Shown here: positions 56,759 to 64,000 of the stretch, one piece after another
Layout: each line of letters opens with the position of its first letter
Numbering within the stretch: the first letter of the stretch is position 1
Source of the DNA: an uncultured Alphaproteobacteria bacterium
GTDB lineage: Bacteria; Pseudomonadota; Alphaproteobacteria; Rhizobiales; Xanthobacteraceae
Length of the DNA: 64,000 nucleotides
Direction of reading: 5' to 3'
NCBI GenBank assembly: GCA_963814615.1
Contig: CAWFDN010000004.1
Location: 148,743 to 212,742 of the forward strand
The notes under the pieces: model-generated
Database searches by the model: none
The model's input: the letters and a program-made list of their open reading frames with translations, nothing else
What the model was told of the DNA's origin: nothing
Program-made: the position numbers and the translations under genes

Positions 56759-56835
56759 TTAGAGCGTTTTCGAGCGAAGTGGATGCCGGTTCGCGTGAAG
56801 AAAACGCGTCAAAACGAGAATCTAGAGCTTCGGTT
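56759..56835 (+). repeat. short dispersed intergenic repeat, copy E, inside an operon
   Basis: TTAGAGCGTTTTCGAGCGAAGTGGATGCCGGTTCGCGTGAAGAAAACGCGTCAAAAC...TCTAGAGC, with hairpin CGCGT-N7-ACGCG at 56792-56808. It lies in the 213-nt gap between the DUF1989 and DUF1116 genes. Confidence 0.5.
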
Positions 56836-56958
56836 CTGACTCACCAGGGGCGGTCACTCCCGGCAGGCCTTTCGGCGTCAGTTCCTGTCCCGCCACCCGA
56901 AGCTCTTCATAGCGTCGCCGCTTGGCCTCGGAAATCTCATGCTTGGTCTGTGCCGCGC

Positions 56959-57588
56959 TCATGCCGTCGTTCCAACTTTGAAATCCTCTGAGATCGTAAA
57001 ATGCGCCTCGACGGGCTTTCCGGCCTTGCCGTTGATCGGCAGGACATCTTGCGGACAGGCGGAAAAGGCGATCACCAGGTCCATCTCGGCACGCAACCGA
57101 ACATGGCCGCCGGGCACCGGCCGCGGCGGCGCCGCGAAGCTGAGTGTGCCCTCGGGGGACCACGGAATGTTCATGAACAGATTAAGAGGGCTCGGAACTT
57201 CCGTCGGCACCAGACCAAGTTCGCTCATTCCGGCAAAGAGATTATCCGTGCAGTTGTCGTGATGGCCTTCCACGCCAAGAAAAGCATAGCGGTGGCGGTC
57301 GCAGGCCGCGATCAGGGTGTCGTGAACGCCCCCCGAGGTATCTTCGGTCAATGTCAGGATCGGCCGGCGTTTGTTGGTGCGCAAAACATCGCCGGGCTTG
57401 GGGATCAGATGCAGGCTGTGCGCGCGCGTGTGCTCATTCGACATGAACTCACCGAGGTCGGCGCGATTGAAAGCCCAGGTATCGACCACCTGTTCGCCAT
57501 GGGTGTTGATGACCGTGATGGTCTGACCGGCGGAAACAAAAGCAGCCTTGCCGCGCCGCGCAGGAATCTCGATAGCGATGTTCGCCAT
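56959..57588 (-). CDS. DUF1989 family protein (best-conserved of the three paralogs)
   Basis: IPARRGKAAFVSAGQTITVINTHGEQVVDTWAF..., RRPILTLTEDTSGGVHDTLIAACD..., HDNCTDNL..., PLNLFMNIPW..., GGHVRLRAEMDLVIAFSACPQD. The start was set at ATG 57588, 10 nt after the RidA stop. Confidence 0.75.
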   Translation of the reverse strand: MANIAIEIPARRGKAAFVSAGQTITVINTHGEQVVDTWAFNRADLGEFMSNEHTRAHSLHLIPKPGDVLRTNKRRPILTLTEDTSGGVHDTLIAACDRHRYAFLGVEGHHDNCTDNLFAGMSELGLVPTEVPSPLNLFMNIPWSPEGTLSFAAPPRPVPGGHVRLRAEMDLVIAFSACPQDVLPINGKAGKPVEAHFTISEDFKVGTTA

Positions 57589-57598
57589 TGCTTCCGCC

Positions 57599-57991
57599 TC
57601 AAGGTTTAACGGCAATCATGTCGATCTCGATAATGCCGCCACGGGCGAGGCCGGTCACGCCGACCGTGGTGCGGGCCGGACGCTTGTCGGCGGGAAAATA
57701 GCTCGCGTAGATTTCGTTCATCCTGGCGTAGTCGCCGTTGAAGTCGGTCAGGAAAACCCGCACGCAAACGACGTTGGCCAGCGTGAGCTGGCAGCCTTTG
57801 AGCACGCGGCTCAGATTGTCCATCACCTTGTGGGTTTGGGCCTCGATGCCGGGCGGGATGGGAAGCGAATCGTCATCGGGATCAGTCGCGAGTTGTCCGG
57901 TCACGAACACGAATGCGCCGGCCTCGACGGCATGGCTGTAAGGCGCGACCGGCTTGGGTGCATCGGGCAAAAGGTGGAAGATCGGATTCAT
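57599..57991 (-). CDS. RidA/YjgF/TdcF-family reactive-intermediate (enamine/imine) deaminase
   Basis: APKPVAPYSHAVEAGAFVFVTGQL...RVFLTDF...MNEIYASYF...PARTTVGVTGLARGGIIEIDMIA. Confidence 0.9.
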   Translation of the reverse strand: MNPIFHLLPDAPKPVAPYSHAVEAGAFVFVTGQLATDPDDDSLPIPPGIEAQTHKVMDNLSRVLKGCQLTLANVVCVRVFLTDFNGDYARMNEIYASYFPADKRPARTTVGVTGLARGGIIEIDMIAVKP

Positions 57992-58017
57992 CGTGGGCTT
58001 TTCCTTATATTTGATTA

Positions 58018-58806
58018 TTAGCGCTTGCCGTTGGCAACGGCATCGCCGGCGTAACGCTGAATAAACTGGCGCGCGCGTTCTGTCTCGGGGTCGGAGAAAA
58101 ACCGCTCCGGTGATCCCGTCTCAACCGCCCGCCCGCGATCCAAAAACAGCACCCGCGTTGCCGCGTCGCGCGCAAATCCCATTTCGTGGGTGACGATCAC
58201 CATCGTCATACCTTCGCGGGCGAGATCCCGCATCACCACCAGCACTTCGCCGACCAGTTCCGGATCAAGCGCGCTGGTGGGTTCGTCGAAAAGCAAAAGA
58301 TCCGGACGCATCGCGAGCGCGCGTGCGATGCCGACGCGCTGCTTTTGTCCGCCCGACAGCTTCGAGGGGAATGCATCGCGCTTGTCGCTGAGCCCCACCT
58401 TGGCGAGAAATGCGAGCGCCTCGTCGCGGACTTCGGCCTTCGGCCGCTTCTGGACCTGAACCGGTGCTTCCATCAGATTTTGCAGCACCGTGAGATGTGG
58501 CCACAGCGCAAAATGTTGAAACACCATGCCGATGCGCGTTCTGATCTTCGACAGCTCGCGATCGCCCATGACGATGCCGGCGCCGTTGAGGCCGACCCGC
58601 TCGCCGTTCAAGTAGATCTGTCCGGCGTCCGGGCGTTCAAGCCAGTTGATGCAACGCAACAAGGTCGATTTGCCCGAGCCCGAAGGTCCAAGCACGCAGA
58701 CCGTCTCACCCTTGTCGACCTGGAAACTGACATCGGACAAGACTTCGAGCTCGCCAAAGCGCTTCGAAACCCCGGCCACATCGAGCACCTTGCTGAATTC
58801 CGCCAT
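58018..58806 (-). CDS. polar amino acid ABC transporter ATP-binding protein
   Basis: GPSGSGKSTLLRCIN, LSGGQKQRVGIARALA, LLLFDEPTSALDPE. Confidence 0.9.
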   Translation of the reverse strand: MAEFSKVLDVAGVSKRFGELEVLSDVSFQVDKGETVCVLGPSGSGKSTLLRCINWLERPDAGQIYLNGERVGLNGAGIVMGDRELSKIRTRIGMVFQHFALWPHLTVLQNLMEAPVQVQKRPKAEVRDEALAFLAKVGLSDKRDAFPSKLSGGQKQRVGIARALAMRPDLLLFDEPTSALDPELVGEVLVVMRDLAREGMTMVIVTHEMGFARDAATRVLFLDRGRAVETGSPERFFSDPETERARQFIQRYAGDAVANGKR

Positions 58807-58815
58807 CGTGCGTTC

Positions 58816-59472
58816 CTATCGGCGTGCATCGGCGACACGGCCGATCGCACTCACCCCGGCCTCGATTACCAGACAAAGTCCCCAATACAGAAATACCGCG
58901 GTAATGAAGGCCGCGAATGGAATGTAATGCCGCGATTGAATGGAACTGGCGGCATGAGTCAGTTCCGGCAGCGCGATGATGGTCAGGAAGGCGCTGTCCT
59001 TGATGATCTGGATCATCTGATTGCCAATCACGGGACCCGCCGACAACAGCAGCGACGGGAGAATGATACGGCGAAACAGACCGATCTCCGAAAAGCCGAA
59101 GGCGACACCCGCCTCGATCGGTTCGCGCGGCTGCACCACCCAGGCGCCACGCAAAATTTCGGCCATGTAAGCGGCGTTATAGATCGTCAGCGCCGCAAGC
59201 CCCGAGGTCCAGTTGTCGAGCCAGACGCCGAACGTTGGAAGGCCGTAATAAACGATATAGGCGAACAGCAGAAACGGGACGCATCGCATGCCGTCGACGA
59301 ACGCGCGGGCGGCCCCGGAAACGACCCCGCGCTTCGACATCAGTGCCGGGGTCAGGAGGAAACCCAGTAAAAGGGCGGCGACCGCGGCAAGCGTTGACAA
59401 GATCGCCGTATTGGCGAGCCCGCTGAGAAGCAGCGCGCGTTCGCTCCAGACAATACCGAAATCGTGAATCAT
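58816..59472 (-). CDS. polar amino acid ABC transporter permease (His/Glu/Gln/Arg/opine family)
   Basis: Multi-TM protein with an EAA-like loop (AAYMAEILRGAW ... EAGVAFGFS). ATGA overlap with the upstream permease stop at 59469-59472. Confidence 0.85.
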   Translation of the reverse strand: MIHDFGIVWSERALLLSGLANTAILSTLAAVAALLLGFLLTPALMSKRGVVSGAARAFVDGMRCVPFLLFAYIVYYGLPTFGVWLDNWTSGLAALTIYNAAYMAEILRGAWVVQPREPIEAGVAFGFSEIGLFRRIILPSLLLSAGPVIGNQMIQIIKDSAFLTIIALPELTHAASSIQSRHYIPFAAFITAVFLYWGLCLVIEAGVSAIGRVADARR

Positions 59473-60113
59473 GCGGCCTCCGCCGCGACCTGGCGCCGTT
59501 CGATCCAGCGCTGGAGCGATACCAGCGCGAAGATGATCGGCACGTAGAGCGCCACCGCCACGAGAAAGGGCGGCAGTGGTTCGTAGGTTTGGGCGCCGAT
59601 CCTGACCGCGGCGCGGGTGATGTCGACGACGCCGACCACCGCAAGCACCGGCGTGACCTTGATGAGCAACGACATTTCATTGACGAGACCGGGAAGGCTT
59701 ACGCGCACGATCTGCGGCAAAACGATTCTGCGAAAACGCTGCCCGGCTCGCATCCCTATCGACTGCGCGGCTTCGAATTGGTCCTTTGGAAAATTCATCA
59801 GTGCGGACCGCCATACCTCACAGTTGAAGGCCGAAGTGTTCATGACAAGCGCCAGAAGCGCCGCCGACATCGGATTGATCGCCACGCCGATATTGGGAAG
59901 CGCGAAAAACAACAGCAGCAGCAGCGTGACCAGGGGCGTGGCACGCAACACGCTGACATAGACGGTCACGATCCTTGATGCGACCGGGACATTGGCCCAC
60001 CGAATCAAGGCAAGCCCGAGCCCGATCGGAAGCCCGATCAGGATGCCGATAACTGACAGCGTTACTGTCACTACGGCACCCTGAAAGATCGCTGCGATGT
60101 CCCCGCCGTTCAT
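59469..60113 (-). CDS. polar amino acid ABC transporter permease
   Basis: Multi-TM protein. SAFNCEVWRSALMNFPKDQFEAAQSIGM EAA-type loop. Confidence 0.85.
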   Translation of the reverse strand: MNGGDIAAIFQGAVVTVTLSVIGILIGLPIGLGLALIRWANVPVASRIVTVYVSVLRATPLVTLLLLLFFALPNIGVAINPMSAALLALVMNTSAFNCEVWRSALMNFPKDQFEAAQSIGMRAGQRFRRIVLPQIVRVSLPGLVNEMSLLIKVTPVLAVVGVVDITRAAVRIGAQTYEPLPPFLVAVALYVPIIFALVSLQRWIERRQVAAEAA

Positions 60114-60140
60114 GACAAGTGAGTTCTGCCAAATATGCCG

Positions 60141-60995
60141 TTAGAATTCCGGCTCAAACGCCGTCGGCAAATCCGGGAACGCATCGCCAAACCACTTCTT
60201 CTGAAGCTCGGCGAACCTGCCGCTCGCCTTCTCCTTGGCGATGAACTCGTTCAGGAACGCCAGCAACTCCTTGTTGTCCTTGGCAACGGCCCAGGCCGGG
60301 AAAGATTTGCCCGAGACCGCCTGACCGATTTCGAACACCGGCTTTTCGGCCACCAGCGCCTTCAGATTGATGATGGTATTGACCACGTAATCCACCCGGC
60401 CGAGGGCGAGATCCTGATAGGCTTCGGGATAAGAGGTGTATTCGACGACTTTACCGAGTTTCCCGCCGTCCTTCTCCAGCGTCTTAGCCAGTTCGGGAAG
60501 ACGGGCGAGCAGCGCGCTGCCGGCCTGAACGCCGACGGTCTTTCCGTTCAGGTCCTTGATCGAGGAAATAGACTTGTCGTCTTTCCGTTTGACATAATAA
60601 TGCGTCGCGTCGGCGATCGGGCTTGTGAATTCGAGCGACTGCTTGCGCTCTTTGGTGATGATCACGGCGGTGATGGCAGCATCATACTTGCCCGTGCTCA
60701 CGCCCGCCAGGATGCCGGTCCAGGGCAGGATTTCCTGCTTGACCTCGAACGGTGCATATTTGCGCAGATCTTCGATCATCTCGTTATCGAAGCCGGTCGG
60801 CTTGCCGTCCTTGACGAATTCGAAGGGACGGAAATCGTCTTCGGTCGCAACGATGAGGCCGCGCTTCTTGATCTCGTCGAGACTGCCGGCCTGCGCATTT
60901 CCGATCAGCATCGGGGTGGCAAACAGCGCCGCCGTGATGCCGAGCATCAGCCGTCGTGACAGAGAATTGGAGCGGGCGAACAAATGCATCGTCAT
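60141..60995 (-). CDS. family-3 (polar amino acid) ABC substrate-binding protein
   Basis: GAGGGAAA RBS before the ATG at 60995. Signal peptide ...MLGITAALFATPMLIGNAQA. GLIVATEDDFRPFEF pattern. Confidence 0.85.
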   Translation of the reverse strand: MTMHLFARSNSLSRRLMLGITAALFATPMLIGNAQAGSLDEIKKRGLIVATEDDFRPFEFVKDGKPTGFDNEMIEDLRKYAPFEVKQEILPWTGILAGVSTGKYDAAITAVIITKERKQSLEFTSPIADATHYYVKRKDDKSISSIKDLNGKTVGVQAGSALLARLPELAKTLEKDGGKLGKVVEYTSYPEAYQDLALGRVDYVVNTIINLKALVAEKPVFEIGQAVSGKSFPAWAVAKDNKELLAFLNEFIAKEKASGRFAELQKKWFGDAFPDLPTAFEPEF

Positions 60996-61093
60996 GATAA
61001 ATTTCCCTCGGTTGGTGTGATCGTGATGGTGTGTCTTGGCTACTAACAATGGCCTGCAAAACAGGTATGCGACGGCTCCTTTGCGTGGTCCTT

Positions 61094-61927
61094 TCAATCG
61101 AAGTTGAATCCGTGTGAGCGCAGATAGGGCGGGAACGCGGCACCTTCGGCTTTGGCGGCCTGTCGAGCCTTGTCTTCCGACCAGCCGTAGAACTCCGCTT
61201 CGCCGAATTCAGTGTTGGAGCGCTGTTGATCCTTGGGAATGGCGTGCACGGCATCGCGCCGGCGGTCGTAATCGTCGATCGCCGGAGGCAACGCGCTATC
61301 GTCGTAGCGATCGTGGTGCGTCGTCACGCGGCGCGGCAGGCGCAAACTGACGTAACCGCCGGCCTGCGGATAGCCGAGGCAAAGTCCTGCGACCGGAAAA
61401 ACCAGATCAGGCAATCCAAGAAGCGCCGCGACCTTGTCGATCTCATTGCGAATGACGCTGATGGGGCAAACGCCGAGCCCAACGGATTCCGCCGACAAGA
61501 TCATGGTCTGCATGGCCAACGCGGCATCGATGCTCGCGTTGAAAAAACCTTCCAGCGTACCGTTGCGAACCGGCTTTCCGCGCAATTCGCCGACGCGTTG
61601 CAAGCGCCTTGCATCACCAAGAAAAACGAAGAACACCGGCGAAACTGCGATCCATGGCATGCTTGGAAAGAGCTGGCCGATCGAAGCGCGTTGCGCTGGA
61701 TCTTCGACACGCAGGATCGACGCCTGCTGGAAATCCGACTTGGCCGAAGCACTCAAGGCGGCGGCGACGAGCAAATCAAGCAGACCCTCGCTCGGAACGG
61801 CATCGCTGTAACGGCGCACGGTCTTTCGCGAGATCACCCGATGGATGAAGTCATTGTCGCCAACACCATCGCCGGACGGACCGCCGTCGCCAAAGCGCCG
61901 CTCGACCGCGCCTGCATAGGCCGACAT
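61094..61927 (-). CDS. nitroreductase-family NAD(P)H:flavin oxidoreductase (NfsA-like)
   Basis: ISRKTVRRYSD..., SAKSDFQQASILRV..., DAALAMQTMILSAESVGLG. The start was set at ATG 61927. Confidence 0.8.
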   Translation of the reverse strand: MSAYAGAVERRFGDGGPSGDGVGDNDFIHRVISRKTVRRYSDAVPSEGLLDLLVAAALSASAKSDFQQASILRVEDPAQRASIGQLFPSMPWIAVSPVFFVFLGDARRLQRVGELRGKPVRNGTLEGFFNASIDAALAMQTMILSAESVGLGVCPISVIRNEIDKVAALLGLPDLVFPVAGLCLGYPQAGGYVSLRLPRRVTTHHDRYDDSALPPAIDDYDRRRDAVHAIPKDQQRSNTEFGEAEFYGWSEDKARQAAKAEGAAFPPYLRSHGFNFD

Positions 61928-62429
61928 CAATTCGGCCCCCGGACGCTTGAGACATTCATCGCCAACTCCACTCAAGGTTCACAAACTTCGGAATTGGCAT
62001 AGACCTGAGCAACGCCAATTCCTGGCTACTGAGGTCTCCCGGGATTTTATCCCGCCGTGCCCTGCGCGGATTTCTCCCGCACAGGCGGCAGCTCTTGGAC
62101 CAACCATCGAACGGACGCGGAACCCTAGCCTCCAACTCAATGAAGCTAGCTGAGCAAATCACATGCCAGACGCGAACTGCCCCGGCTCGACCGACCGCGC
62201 TTTCAACTTCAGCGCCATCCACGGCATCCGCTCAAACGAAGCTTTCCGACGAGCCCCTAGGGATTACGTGAAAAATTCTGCTACCGCCTTGCGAGGACCT
62301 TTCGACGTTGATTGCGGAATTTCATCGCAAAAACTGCAAACTGCGACACCGAATTTTTGATCGGCTGCTCTTTCAGAGGCATGGTGCCCAGATTGTAATC
62401 TCTCGGTCGCCTGCCCGGCATCCGGCCGT

Positions 62430-62918
62430 TCATTCGGAACCCCGGGATGCTTCCTCGCGATGGGTGCTTGCAGCCACAATCTGCTGCATCATGGCAACGA
62501 AGCGCTTTTGGTCTGCCTTGCTCAGATCGGCCACCGTCTCGAGGTGAGCGGCACGAACCGACACTTCCATCTGTCGAAGCAGCTTCGCTCCAGCCTTTGT
62601 GAGCCGGCACAGCTGTGCCCGGCGATCTCGCCGGTCGGTGGAGCGCTCGATAAACTTTCGCAATTGCAAGCGCTTAAGCGCACCAGTTGTTGTCGTGCGA
62701 TCGAGCGCGACATCTGCCGCCAAAGTTGTCTGGTCCGCGGTTCCGCGCTGCGCCAAAGCCGAGAGCAGGCTATACTGGAGTGGCGTGATCTCAAAAGCAG
62801 CGCATCTTTTCTGGAACAAGGCGACGTGGATTTGATGAAGGCGCCGCAGCAAGAAGCCGGGACGGCGATCAAGTGGCCACGGAGATTGCGGTTTTTGCCT
62901 GTGCTTTTCAGCCATCAC
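62430..62918 (-). CDS. MarR-family transcriptional regulator
   Basis: ITPLQYSLLSALAQRGTADQTTLAADVALDRTTTTGALKRLQLRKFIERSTDRRDRRAQLCRLT. Confidence 0.9.
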   Translation of the reverse strand: MMAEKHRQKPQSPWPLDRRPGFLLRRLHQIHVALFQKRCAAFEITPLQYSLLSALAQRGTADQTTLAADVALDRTTTTGALKRLQLRKFIERSTDRRDRRAQLCRLTKAGAKLLRQMEVSVRAAHLETVADLSKADQKRFVAMMQQIVAASTHREEASRGSE

Positions 62919-63086
62919 ATCCTCCGGGCGAAGCGCAGGACGGCACTGCCTGCATGAATTTAATGCAGCTATGGCACGAATGTTGCTGTATGAGAAAGCA
63001 TGAAAATACGCAGTGTACTTCGCAATTAGCTGGCGTACGATTGGCTCGCGGTACCATGCGATGGCGATCAGGAGAGGAGATCAACC

Positions 63087-64000
63087 ATGTCTGTAAGCAC
63101 CACATTTGACCTGCTTCTGCGCGGAGGTCGCGTCATCGACCCGGCGTCCGCCGTCGACGGGCTGAAAGACGTCGCCATTCGCAACGGCAAGGTCGCCGCC
63201 GTCCAGTCCGATATTTTGCCGACAAGCGCCAAGGAAGTGGTGGACGTAACGGGCAAGATCGTTCTGCCCGGACTGATCGATACCCATGCGCATGTCTATC
63301 AATATGTGACGGGGCGTTTCGGCATGAACGCCGACATTGTCGGGGTCCAATCCGGTGTCACCACGCTGGTCGACCAGGGCGGGCCGTCCTGCATGACATT
63401 ACCGGGTTTTCGGCACTTCGTCGCCGAAAAAGCCCAGTCGCGGACCTACGCTTTTTTGTCCACCTATTTGGTCGGAGGCCTGGAAGGACATTATTATCCC
63501 AGCCTTTATAGTCCCGAGGGCGTCAATATCGACGCCACCGTAAAGGCCGCCACCGCCAACCGCGATCTCGTTCGCGGCATCAAGGCGCATGCCGAGATCG
63601 GCGGCTTTGCGCGCTGGGGCATCCGCGTGATCGAAATGGCCGCCGAGATCGGGCGCCGCGCGGAGCTTCCGGTCTATGTACACTTCGGACAATTGTGGGG
63701 CCTGCCGGAGAGCGGCACCAATGGTGAAGACGTCGATACGATTCTGGCGCGGGTGATCCCGCTGCTTCGTTCCGGCGACGTTCTGGCCCATCCGTTCACG
63801 CGGCATCCTGGCGGCTTCGTCAACCGCGAAGGCGAGGTACACCCCGTGATCCAGGCGGCGCTCGACCGCGGCCTGAAGGTCGACGTCGGCCACGGCAGCC
63901 ACTTCTCCTACCGTCTCGCGCGCAAGGCCATCGCGGCCGGAATCGTTCCGACCACGTTGGGCGCCGATATCCACGGCTACAATACCCATGTGCCGGCTCC
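63087..64000 (+). CDS. amidohydrolase/deacetylase-family metallohydrolase (dihydroorotase-like), 3' end outside the window
   Basis: This gene is not in the ORF track because no stop falls inside the window. GGAGAGGAG RBS, ATG at 63087. My translation reads MSVSTTFDLLLRGGRVIDPASAVDGLKDVAIRNGKVAAVQ...LPGLIDTHAHVYQY...GIKAHAE...VHFG...AHPFT. Confidence 0.8.
   Translation, partial: MSVSTTFDLLLRGGRVIDPASAVDGLKDVAIRNGKVAAVQSDILPTSAKEVVDVTGKIVLPGLIDTHAHVYQYVTGRFGMNADIVGVQSGVTTLVDQGGPSCMTLPGFRHFVAEKAQSRTYAFLSTYLVGGLEGHYYPSLYSPEGVNIDATVKAATANRDLVRGIKAHAEIGGFARWGIRVIEMAAEIGRRAELPVYVHFGQLWGLPESGTNGEDVDTILARVIPLLRSGDVLAHPFTRHPGGFVNREGEVHPVIQAALDRGLKVDVGHGSHFSYRLARKAIAAGIVPTTLGADIHGYNTHVPA

Overview
High-GC alphaproteobacterial chromosome segment. 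Repeat types and gene content look Bradyrhizobium/Rhodopseudomonas-like; that placement is from memory, and no search was possible. About 85% of the window is coding.

The content is mostly nitrogen-compound or heterocycle hydrolase operons fused to uptake systems:
- Three NitT/TauT-type ABC systems.
- Two Liv-type ABC systems.
- One polar-amino-acid ABC system.

Three clusters are worth following up:
1. 1987-10805 (-): LysR, then hyuA-hyuB, an AtzD/barbiturase-family ring-opening amidohydrolase, and an NMT1-type ABC importer.
2. 40691-52310: a hydrolase-only operon (alpha/beta hydrolase, isochorismatase-like, two polysaccharide-deacetylase-fold proteins, FAH) runs straight into a Liv-type importer. 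A divergent GntR and an amidohydrolase sit upstream.
3. 54258-62918 (-): MarR, nitroreductase, amino-acid ABC system, RidA, three DUF1989 paralogs and a DUF1116 protein. No carboxylase or FdrA-type partner is present.

A lower-GC accessory stretch (about 19.8-34.3 kb) carries:
- small orphan ORFs and dispersed short intergenic repeats;
- an ECF sigma / cupredoxin / Tat-metallophosphoesterase operon whose anti-sigma gene is split by an in-frame TAG;
- a decayed second anti-sigma remnant;
- a higBA toxin-antitoxin module with operator palindromes;
- two paralogous porins, another outer-membrane barrel, and a TPR lipoprotein gene preceded by a 15-bp tandem array.

I found no rRNA, tRNA, CRISPR array, transposase or integrase. 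All functional calls rest on motif and family recognition by eye in the supplied translations. Start codons were refined by codon arithmetic plus inspection of RBS and overlaps.
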